From: a virus
Lineage: Duplodnaviria; Caudoviricetes
Direction: 5' to 3' (one strand)
DNA length: 53,831 nucleotides
Virus record (IMG/VR): IMGVR_UViG_3300028735_000012
Span: 1-53,831 of that record
The notes under the pieces are model-generated. The model was not told the DNA's origin. It saw only the letters and a program-made list of their open reading frames with translations, and searched no databases. Position numbers and translations under genes: made by a program. Positions 9,232 to 16,825 of this stretch are shown piece by piece. Position 1 is the stretch's first letter, and the number at the start of each line of letters is the position of its first letter.

Positions 9232-10001
9232 TGCACTTGATTCTACCGCTACTCCAGGATGGCCTCTCGTACCAGACGGCACTGGCCATCCAAGCCGACT
9301 GGTACGACGATAACGACCTGCCTCTAGCCGCAGCGGCCTTGCGGTCGCAGGGGCGCATCGCTACCATGTGGTCACACTCTCTCGCCCTTACTCCAGAGGG
9401 CGAAGTCGTCGCCTGGGGGAATAATAACAATAACCAGTGCGACGTACCTAGCCGCTTGCGCGCCGTCGCTATCGCCGCAGGTGGCCACCACTCCTTGGCT
9501 CTCACTCGCGAGGGGCGGGTAGCAGCTTGGGGCTCCGACTACCAACGCCAATGTCAGGTGCCCGACGGCCTGCGCGCTGTCGCTATCGCTGCTGGTGCCC
9601 GCCATTCTCTGGCTCTGACTCGCGAGGGCCGCGTAGTAGCCTGGGGATGGGGCCACGAACACCAATGTCGGGTGCCCGACGGCCTGCGCGTCGCCGCAAT
9701 CGCCACAAAATATAGCAACTGCCTCGCCATCACCCCAAAGGGGCGGGTGGTGATCTGGAGAAACAATAACCGGTGCCAAGTCGTCCCCAGCCTAAGGGCT
9801 GTCGCCATCGCAGCAGGGTATAACCACACACTCGCTCTTACCCCGGAAGGCAGGGTAGTGGTCTGGGGCGACAATACATACCGTCAGCGCCAGGTGCCCG
9901 ACGGCCTGCGAGCCGTCGCTATCGCCGCAGGTTGGCGACACTCCTCAGCACTCACCCCAGAAGGACACGTCATTATTTGGGGACCAGGTCTTACAACATG
10001 A
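9231..10001 (+). CDS. RCC1 repeat protein with TIGR02996-like N-terminus (paralog 2)
   Basis: Same N-terminus (LAIQADWYDD) and repeats. Confidence 0.85.
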   Translation: MHLILPLLQDGLSYQTALAIQADWYDDNDLPLAAAALRSQGRIATMWSHSLALTPEGEVVAWGNNNNNQCDVPSRLRAVAIAAGGHHSLALTREGRVAAWGSDYQRQCQVPDGLRAVAIAAGARHSLALTREGRVVAWGWGHEHQCRVPDGLRVAAIATKYSNCLAITPKGRVVIWRNNNRCQVVPSLRAVAIAAGYNHTLALTPEGRVVVWGDNTYRQRQVPDGLRAVAIAAGWRHSSALTPEGHVIIWGPGLTT

Positions 10002-10033
10002 CGTTACATCAACATGAGAGGCATAATGTAATA

Positions 10034-10957
10034 ATGCAATTAGTTTTAGATATTTTAAAAGATGATATTCCCTATCATTTAGCCTTAGCCATTCAGGCTG
10101 ATTGGTATGAAGATGAGGGCTATCCTCTAGCTGCTGCCGCTCTGCGTTTGCAAGGACGCATTGTAGCAGGGTGGGACTACTCGCTAGGTCTTACCGACAG
10201 GCGTTATGTGGTCAGCTGGAGATACAGCGACCAGCAATACTGCAACGTGCCGATTGGTATGCGAGCTATTGCCGTCGCTGCCGGCAGTCGCCACTTTTTG
10301 GCTTTGACTCGCAGGGGACGGGTTGTCGCCTGGAGCTGTAATGATTTGCGGCGATGCGATGTTTTGGCAGGGTTGCGAGCTATTGCCATCGCTGCAGGAT
10401 GGCGGCATTCTCTTGCTTTAACAGCCAGCAACGAAGTGGTCGCTTGGGGCGACAACAAATTCAGGCAATGTGAAGTGCCTGCCGGGCTTCGTGCCGTCGC
10501 TATCACTTCGGGCTGGGGGCACTCTCTTGCTCTAACCAAAGAGGGCCAAGTAGTAGCTTGGGGCTACAATGACTATCGCCAATGCAAGGTGCCGGCTGGC
10601 TTGCGGGCTGTAGCTATTGCTGCTGGCGGCTACCATTCGTTGGCCTTGACGCCAAAAGGCGAGGTCGTTGCCTGGGGCGACAATGAATTTCGGCAATGCT
10701 GTGTACCTGCTGGTCTGCGTGCTATTGCTATTGCCGCTTCTAGGTGTTACTCTCTAGCCCTCACCGCTGAGGGAAATGTGGTGGCCTGGGGCGACAATGG
10801 CTATTACCAGTGTCGAGTCCCTGAAGGTTTGCGTGCCGTGGCTATTAGTGCGGGCTGGTATCACTCTCTAGCCCTAACCCTAACCCTCAGGGGCGAAATA
10901 ATAGCATGGGGTTCTTATGGCCGCCGCAATGCACCCATACGGCTGCACGAAACATAG
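10034..10957 (+). CDS. RCC1 repeat protein with TIGR02996-like N-terminus (paralog 3)
   Basis: LAIQADWYED plus ~7 RCC1 repeats. Confidence 0.85.
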   Translation: MQLVLDILKDDIPYHLALAIQADWYEDEGYPLAAAALRLQGRIVAGWDYSLGLTDRRYVVSWRYSDQQYCNVPIGMRAIAVAAGSRHFLALTRRGRVVAWSCNDLRRCDVLAGLRAIAIAAGWRHSLALTASNEVVAWGDNKFRQCEVPAGLRAVAITSGWGHSLALTKEGQVVAWGYNDYRQCKVPAGLRAVAIAAGGYHSLALTPKGEVVAWGDNEFRQCCVPAGLRAIAIAASRCYSLALTAEGNVVAWGDNGYYQCRVPEGLRAVAISAGWYHSLALTLTLRGEIIAWGSYGRRNAPIRLHET

Positions 10958-10981
10958 TTGGCTTTGTAAAAGGAGTATTAT

Positions 10982-11215
10982 ATGCCTGAAGATATTTTGG
11001 CTGATTTAATCGATACTCATGTATGCGTTCGCGACGCTGCTGCCATATTAGGGGTGTCGCGTCAGAGAGTTGTGGTGCTTTGCCAGCGGGGCAAGCTGCC
11101 GGGTGCGCAGCTCATGTATGGCCGCTGGTTGATTCCGCGTGCAGCAATAGCAGCACAAAAAAAACTAAAAAACCCAAAAAACCACTTGACGAACGACAAT
11201 ATCAAGGGACAGTAG
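10982..11215 (+). CDS. HTH_17/excisionase-like DNA-binding protein
   Basis: VRDAAAILGVSRQRVVVLCQRGKLPGA...WLIPR; AAGGAG RBS. Confidence 0.8.
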   Translation: MPEDILADLIDTHVCVRDAAAILGVSRQRVVVLCQRGKLPGAQLMYGRWLIPRAAIAAQKKLKNPKNHLTNDNIKGQ

Positions 11216-11295
11216 AGAGTCAAGTATGAAAATGTCATCGGTGAGTGGCTGATGGTGTCAGCCGTAGGTTGTGCTTTACAACAAAGGATTGAGAC

Positions 11296-11544
11296 TTGCT
11301 CATGAAAAAAATTAAGCGATGTATTGATTGCGGTCGCCCATACAGCACTCCTCGCAAGTGGATTTGCGGGCAGTGCAAATCCGAGAGGCGGCGACTGCGT
11401 GAGCTGCACGGATATGACGGCGATCCAAGATACACAGCCATCAAGGCCGCTCGTGTTGCGGCCTACGCTCGCAGAGTAGAACGGGGAGTTCCGCTCTTTG
11501 AACCACCACTAACGCGAAAGGAGATCTATGAGTCTGCTGAGTAA
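11296..11544 (+). CDS. Zn-finger hypothetical protein
   Basis: CIDC...CGQC; C-terminal YARRVERGVPLF. Confidence 0.55.
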   Translation: MLMKKIKRCIDCGRPYSTPRKWICGQCKSERRRLRELHGYDGDPRYTAIKAARVAAYARRVERGVPLFEPPLTRKEIYESAE

Positions 11545-13345
11545 AGTACAGCGTGGCCGTGTCGCAAGACCGCCTCGATTACTGATTTACGGTATTCCGG
11601 GTATTGGAAAGGCCCAGCCACTGACGGCAAAGGTTCTTACCCCCACAGGTTTTGTGGAGTTGGGGCAACTCCGCGTCGGCGATCTGGTCATCGGTTCCAA
11701 CGGACGTCCTTGCTCGGTCCTGGGCGTTTATCCCCAGGGAACCAAGGAAGTCTTTCGCGTCACGTTCCGCGACGGCTCGTCCACGGAGTGTTGCGATGAT
11801 CACCTGTGGTTTACCACTACAAAAGGCGAGCGAGATCACGGTTTGCGCGGTGCGGTGAGGGCATTGAGGGACATTCGAAAATCGCTTCGGTACGGGACGC
11901 ATTTCAACCATGCCGTGCCCCGCGTCCGGCCAGTGGAGTTCGAGACCAAGTCGCTGCCCGTCGATCCGTGGCTACTCGGGATGTACCTGGGGGATGGACA
12001 CACCGGCACCAGCACCATCATCACCAATCCCGAAGCCGACATCCAGGATCGCGTTCGTGCAGCGGTGGCGGTCGATGGCGACCGTGTCCGCCTCTACGAC
12101 CGGATGCACATGCGGCTGGTCTCAGCCGACCGAACGGGGACGGAGTTCAAAGCCGCACTCGTCCAGCTGGGCTTAGCCGACGCAATGGCCGAGAGTAAGT
12201 TTGTGCCGCCGATATACCTGCTCGGTTCGGTGTCGCAGCGATTGGAACTGTTGCGTGGCTTAATCGACAGCGACGGGTACGTCGTGTACCCCGGTTCAGT
12301 GGAGTATTGCACCGTCAGTCCTCAGTTGGCCCGAGACTTTTGCTTCCTCGTCCGGTCTCTGGGCGGATCGGCACGAGTGACAACGAGACGCGGTTCGTAC
12401 ACTAAGAATGGCGTGAGGCATAATTGCCAACTCGTCTACCGAATTTACGCATCCTTCCCGCCGGAGATCACGCCAGTTTCGTCCGAGAAGCATCTAGCGA
12501 AGTGGGGCGTGGCAGAGTGGCGAATCCTTCACACCATTCGGGACGTAGAGTACGTTGGGCGCAAAGAGTGTCAGTGCATCCGCATCGACGCACTCGATTC
12601 GCTCTATGTCACAGATGATTTTATTTTGACTCACAACAGCACCATTGGATCACAAGCCCCCAGTCCGATTTTTATTCCAACCGAAGACGGCCTTGACATG
12701 ATCGACGCGGCCAAGTTTCCGCTAGCCACCAGTTTTGACGACGTGCTAGCTGCGCTCACGGAACTCCGCCTACAGCCGCACGACTTCGAGACGGTTGTCA
12801 TCGATTCACTAGATTGGCTGGAGCGGCTGATCTGGGACCGCGTATGCCAAGAGTTCAACGTGAAGAACATTGAGAAGGCGGACGGGGGGTATGCTCGGGG
12901 CTACATGCACGCCCTAACGTATTGGCGTGAGGTCATTGACCTGCTCGACCTACTGCGTAATCAACGAGAGATGGTCGTGCTGCTGATCGCTCACGCCAAG
13001 GTCGAAAAGTTTGAGGATCCCGAAGCTCCGCCCTATGATCGCTACTCGCCGCGATTGCACAAGCACGCGGCCTCGCTTGTAACCGAGTGGTGCGATGCGG
13101 TGCTGTTTGCCACGCGGAAGTTTCGCACGGCTAGCGAGGATGCCGGCTTTGGTCGCAAGCGGACCATTGCCCATGCCATTGGCAAGGATGGTGGGGATCG
13201 GATCCTTCGTACTGTCGGCGGACCGAGTTGTGTCGCCAAGAACCGATACTGCCTGACCGAGGAGCTGCCTTTGTCCTGGGCAGCATTCATCTCTGCTTTA
13301 TCTGCTACTGCTGGTCATACGAAAAAAGGGGGTGGTGATGATTAA
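11528..13345 (+). CDS. AAA_24/Sak4-like phage ATPase (recombination) interrupted by an intein
   Basis: Walker A GIPGIGK|S split by the intein; Walker B VVIDS; LIAH, AKNR motifs; followed by DUF669. Confidence 0.85.
   Translation: MSLLSKVQRGRVARPPRLLIYGIPGIGKAQPLTAKVLTPTGFVELGQLRVGDLVIGSNGRPCSVLGVYPQGTKEVFRVTFRDGSSTECCDDHLWFTTTKGERDHGLRGAVRALRDIRKSLRYGTHFNHAVPRVRPVEFETKSLPVDPWLLGMYLGDGHTGTSTIITNPEADIQDRVRAAVAVDGDRVRLYDRMHMRLVSADRTGTEFKAALVQLGLADAMAESKFVPPIYLLGSVSQRLELLRGLIDSDGYVVYPGSVEYCTVSPQLARDFCFLVRSLGGSARVTTRRGSYTKNGVRHNCQLVYRIYASFPPEITPVSSEKHLAKWGVAEWRILHTIRDVEYVGRKECQCIRIDALDSLYVTDDFILTHNSTIGSQAPSPIFIPTEDGLDMIDAAKFPLATSFDDVLAALTELRLQPHDFETVVIDSLDWLERLIWDRVCQEFNVKNIEKADGGYARGYMHALTYWREVIDLLDLLRNQREMVVLLIAHAKVEKFEDPEAPPYDRYSPRLHKHAASLVTEWCDAVLFATRKFRTASEDAGFGRKRTIAHAIGKDGGDRILRTVGGPSCVAKNRYCLTEELPLSWAAFISALSATAGHTKKGGGDD
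11612..12637 (+). mobile_element. Intein (342 aa) with LAGLIDADG homing endonuclease, Ala1 start, class-3-like
   Basis: Starts AQPLTAKV, ends ILTHN/S; LLGMYLGDG and LLRGLIDSDG; block B DHLW, block F ECQCI, block G THN. Confidence 0.9.
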
Positions 13346-13661
13346 GGTGAGTATTCGTGCCGAGAATTGGGCTGTCTCGGCTACGGTACATGACGAAAAG
13401 GTTTATAACCCGTTTGCTGGTCTCAACAGTGACGCGGTCGTAGCCCAAGCTATTGAAGTCGCTTTAGAGCATGCTGTATACAGTTTGTGCGACCCTTTAT
13501 ACGTTTTGGCTCGCGTCGTGGTGAACATCGATGAAAGAGAAAACGGCTCTCTGCGAGCAGCTGCCCTGAAATTTTGGGAAGCCGCTGAAGAGTATATCCT
13601 AGCTGCTGAACAAAAACGCCTAACCAACCACCCTAACCTAAAGGAGACCGAGCATGGCTGA
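13332..13661 (+). CDS. Hypothetical protein
   Basis: ORF overlapping both neighbours. Confidence 0.5.
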   Translation: MVMIKVSIRAENWAVSATVHDEKVYNPFAGLNSDAVVAQAIEVALEHAVYSLCDPLYVLARVVVNIDERENGSLRAAALKFWEAAEEYILAAEQKRLTNHPNLKETEHG

Positions 13662-14124
13662 TTTGCGTGGATTTGACGCCAACCAAGTGGAACAATCGGG
13701 CGGCTTTGAACCGATCCCGGCGGGCAAGTATGTGGCCGTCATCACCGAATCGGAAATGAAGCCGAACAAGGCGGGCACGGGCAGCTATCTGCAACTAACC
13801 TTTGAGATCATCGAGGGCGACTACAAGGGCCGCTATCTGTGGTCGCGGCTCAATCTTGACAACCCGAACTCGACGGCAGTGCAGATCGCCAGAATGGAGT
13901 TGGCGGCCATCTGCCGAGCTGTCGGTGTGCTGACGCCCAAGGATTCGGTCGAGTTGCACAACCTGCCGCTGGTGGTTCATGTCCGCTGCAAAAAGCGGCA
14001 GGACACCGGCGAGATCAGCAATGAGATCAAAGGCTACTCGTCTAGGACCGCTCTGACCGAGGACGCCAAGACAGCCACCCCGTCGGCTACCGGCAAACCA
14101 ACTACGCCACCGTGGAAGCGTTAA
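13654..14124 (+). CDS. DUF669 single-stranded DNA-binding-like protein
   Basis: FEPIPAGKYVAVITESEMK...YLQLTFEII...NEIKGY...PPWKR; follows Sak4-like ATPase. Confidence 0.85.
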   Translation: MADLRGFDANQVEQSGGFEPIPAGKYVAVITESEMKPNKAGTGSYLQLTFEIIEGDYKGRYLWSRLNLDNPNSTAVQIARMELAAICRAVGVLTPKDSVELHNLPLVVHVRCKKRQDTGEISNEIKGYSSRTALTEDAKTATPSATGKPTTPPWKR

Positions 14125-14166
14125 TGAAAACGTTAATGAGAGTTAACTACAAAAGGAGAACATGAC

Positions 14167-14799
14167 ATGGCGACAAAAGAAAAGGCTACGTCAGCTACGG
14201 CTATTGGCCCCGAAGTGAGCAACGGTGCTGCCGAGACAATTGCGTTGTCTCTGCCGTATCGGGTCGAGGTGGTCATTCGGGGGGAGGCCGACATCCTGTT
14301 CCATCGCTGGAACTGCGAAGCGGTCGAGGCCAAGGCCAAGGCCGCCAAGGGGTCAGCGGCCAAGAAGCAGGACGACGTAGAGTCCTACGTCTATCGCAAC
14401 GACAAGAGCGAACTATGCCTGCCGGGCGAATACTTGCGGCAGGCAGTGATCGGAGCCGCCAAGTTTCGCCAGGATCCACGCAGTCCTCGCAAGTCGGCCC
14501 AAGACCTGGTCAAAGCGGCGGTGGTCAATCTGACGCCGCTAGCTAGTCTAGGCGTCACTGAGTGGGACTACGAACATCGCTGCCGAGTGCAAGTGCAGCG
14601 TAACGGCGTGACGCGGGTGAGGCCAGCGATGCGGGCTGGCTGGCAGGCAACATTCGTGTTTCTGGTCAACTTGCCTGAGTATGTGTCGCGGGAGATGCTA
14701 CTGGGGCTGTTGACGGATGCTGGCCGATTGATCGGCGTAGGCGACTTCCGTCCGACGTATGGGCGGTTCCAAGTCGCATCGTTTAAGGTATGCGACTAA
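14167..14799 (+). CDS. Stand-alone RAMP/Cas7-like protein (putative effector of the adjacent pentamer array)
   Basis: N-terminal VEVVIRGEADILFH strand, LCLPGEYLRQAVIGAA helix motif, C-terminal Gly-rich loop AGRLIGVGDFRPTYGRFQV as in RAMP proteins; AAGGAG RBS. Confidence 0.7.
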   Translation: MATKEKATSATAIGPEVSNGAAETIALSLPYRVEVVIRGEADILFHRWNCEAVEAKAKAAKGSAAKKQDDVESYVYRNDKSELCLPGEYLRQAVIGAAKFRQDPRSPRKSAQDLVKAAVVNLTPLASLGVTEWDYEHRCRVQVQRNGVTRVRPAMRAGWQATFVFLVNLPEYVSREMLLGLLTDAGRLIGVGDFRPTYGRFQVASFKVCD

Positions 14800-14803
14800 T
14801 AGT

Positions 14804-16197
14804 GGCTTGACGGGGCCAAGCGTGGCCAGGCTAGGCGGGGCGGGGCTTGGTGCGGCGCGGCCAGGTTGGACCGGGCTGGGTCCGGCCCGGCTTGGTTCGG
14901 CATGGTATGGCAGGGCAAGGCGTGGCGCGGCTACGCTCTGCGGGCATGGATGCTCGCCCTATCCCCATCGACCAGCAGATGTGCTGGTTTGTGGGAATGG
15001 GGCAAGGTTTTGCTGGGTCCGGCGCGGCGTGGCGGGGCCAGGTGCGGCTCGGTCGGACTTGGCGCGGCGTGGCGGGGTGAGGCCCGGTGGGGCCCGGTGG
15101 GGCGAGGAGGGGCTGGGTCCGGCGTGGCACGGCGTGGCGGGGCGTGGCTCGGCGTGGCGCGGTCGGGCTTGGCGTGGCGTGGCGGAGCCAGGTTTGGCGT
15201 GGCGGGGCAGGGCCGGGCACGGCAGGGCACGGCCGGGTGGGGCGAGGCTCGGCCGGGCTTGGCAGGGTATGGCAGGGCACGGCCCGGCATAACTAAGCTA
15301 AGCCACCTTGACCATGCCCGGTCAAGGTAAGGCGAGATAAGGATAGCTCGCTTTACCTCGACCGGGCGAGGCCGGACCTGGTGGGGCTGGGTCGGGCGAG
15401 GCCCGGCACGGCAGGGCATGGCGTGGCCGGGTCGGGCCTGGTGCGGCGCGGCGCGGCGAGGCAGGGCCGGGCTATTTTTATCGCCCCCGGTCAAGGTAAG
15501 GTGAGCTGTCTTCGTCTCACTTTACCTCGACCGGGCAGGGCGTGGCCAGGCTAGACGGGGCGAGGCCTGGCTGGGCGCGGTCTGGCTGGGCGTGATGGTG
15601 TTCGGCAGAGCTGGATGTGGCTAGGCATGGTATGGCTAGGTTGGGCACGGCATGGCGCGATATGGGCTGGCTCGGCGGAGCCACCTTGACCATACCCGGT
15701 CGAGGTAAGGCGAGATAAGGATAGCTCGCCTTACCTCGACTGGGCGCGGCGGGGCAGGGCGTGGCCAGGCTAGACGGGGCAAGGCCAGGCATGGCGTGGC
15801 GTGGTCCGGTGAGGTCCGACATGGCCGGGTGGGGCTTGGCGTGTCGCGGTGAGGCTTGGCAAGGTGAGGCTTGGCCGGGCTTGGTGTGGCTAGGCGTGGC
15901 CCGGCTACTTTTACCGCCCCAGGTCGAAGTAAGGCGAGACAAAGATAGCTCGCTTTACTTCGGCCTGGTCCGGCGGGGTCGGGCTTGGCGGGCCTGGGCG
16001 GGGCGAGGTCCGGCGAGGTCCGGGCGGAGCATGGCAGGGCCGGGCCGGGCGCGGTTCGGCGCGGCAGGGTGTGGCTTGGCGTGGCGAGGCCAGGCATGGT
16101 TTGGCGAGGTCAGGCGCGGCATGGCGAGGCTAGGCTTGGCCTGGCTTGGCGGGGCTGGGCCAGGTCCGGCAAGGCTGGTTATGGCTTGGCTTGGTTT
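14804..16197 (+). repeat. Array of ~215 GGY-NN pentamers in six blocks (14804-14933, 15001-15290, 15365-15474, 15534-15683, 15743-15907, 15967-16197); putative guide-RNA array
   Basis: Strict 5-nt period, e.g. ggcgc ggcgt ggcgg ggcca ggtgc ggctc; positions 1-3 nearly invariant GGC/GGT, positions 4-5 take all 16 dinucleotides. Confidence 0.95.
15316..15968 (+). ncRNA. Four related ~50-nt stem-loop separators (15316-15367, 15486-15535, 15695-15744, 15919-15968) between pentamer blocks
   Basis: ~20-bp stems CC(C/A)GGTC(A/G)A(G/A)GTAAGG(C/T)GAG...CTC(G/A)C(T/C)TTAC(C/T)TCG..; compensatory changes between copies. Confidence 0.8.
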
Positions 16198-16201
16198 TTC
16201 G

Positions 16202-16230
16202 CGTGCCTGGTTCGATGTGAACCAGGCACG
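16202..16230 (+). terminator. Terminal hairpin closing the pentamer array
   Basis: cgtgcctggttc-gatgt-gaaccaggcacg, perfect 12-bp stem. Confidence 0.55.
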
Positions 16231-16257
16231 TCTTACCTGCACAATCAAGGATGCTTC

Positions 16258-16644
16258 ATGGAAGTTGAGCTGCCATTTCCGCCGAGCATAAACCATCTTT
16301 GGCGAAGAATCGGCCATCGCACGCTAATGAGCCGAGAGGAGCGACGATTTCGGCGTCAGGTCGTAGCAATCCTAGCAGCAATGCAAATTCGTCTGCTCGT
16401 CGGCAATCTGGCCGTGCAAGTGGCAGTGCATCCGCCGGATCACCAACGACGCGATCTCGACAATGTGCTGAAGGCCCTGCTCGATGCACTCGAACATGGC
16501 GGAGCGTACACGGATGATGCCCAAATCGTAGAAATTCATATTCAAAAATGTGCAACGGCAGCACCGGCGGGCAAGGTGCGTGTCGTGCTGCAACAAGTTG
16601 GGAGTAATCCAGATGAAAATACAGGGTTGGATAGCAACAAATAA
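16258..16644 (+). CDS. rusA: RusA-family Holliday junction resolvase
   Basis: ELPFPPSINHLWR; RRDLDNVLKALLDAL; DDAQI; true ATG at 16258. Confidence 0.9.
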   Translation: MEVELPFPPSINHLWRRIGHRTLMSREERRFRRQVVAILAAMQIRLLVGNLAVQVAVHPPDHQRRDLDNVLKALLDALEHGGAYTDDAQIVEIHIQKCATAAPAGKVRVVLQQVGSNPDENTGLDSNK

Positions 16645-16825
16645 ACAAGGCTTAATCTTGGGTAGCTTTCATGAGAATCAAGAGGGGGCTATTGCTGCTG
16701 CTCGACAGATACTGCGCCTGACAGGCGGCCCGTCACTTGTGGCTGGCTTTCGCCTAATTCAGGCTACGCTGACCGTTCAAGACATGGATGACACCGCCCT
16801 GGGCCAAGAAGCGGAGGCAAAGTAA
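16613..16825 (+). CDS. Hypothetical protein
   Basis: GGGAG RBS, TAATG coupling to the helicase. Confidence 0.5.
   Translation: MKIQGWIATNKQGLILGSFHENQEGAIAAARQILRLTGGPSLVAGFRLIQATLTVQDMDDTALGQEAEAK

Noticed and set aside
8314-10957. Diversity-generating retroelement acting on the RCC1 or tail repeats
   Set aside because: No reverse transcriptase in the window and differences between repeats are not adenine-specific
15316-15968. Hairpin separators as a canonical CRISPR array
   Set aside because: Repeats are ~50 nt and non-identical, and the intervening segments are 110-290 nt of periodic pentamers rather than ~35-nt unique spacers
14804-16197. Simple microsatellite or G-quadruplex tract as the whole explanation
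   Set aside because: GG runs could form two-tier G4, but this would not explain free NN variation, structured separators or the adjacent RAMP-like gene
14759-16317. Many Arg/Gly/Ala/Trp- or Pro-rich ORFs on both strands over the pentamer array, including the extended N-terminus given for RusA (15985)
   Set aside because: By-products of a stop-poor 5-nt period; no RBS, frames break at hairpins, and conservation follows a 5-nt rather than 3-nt period
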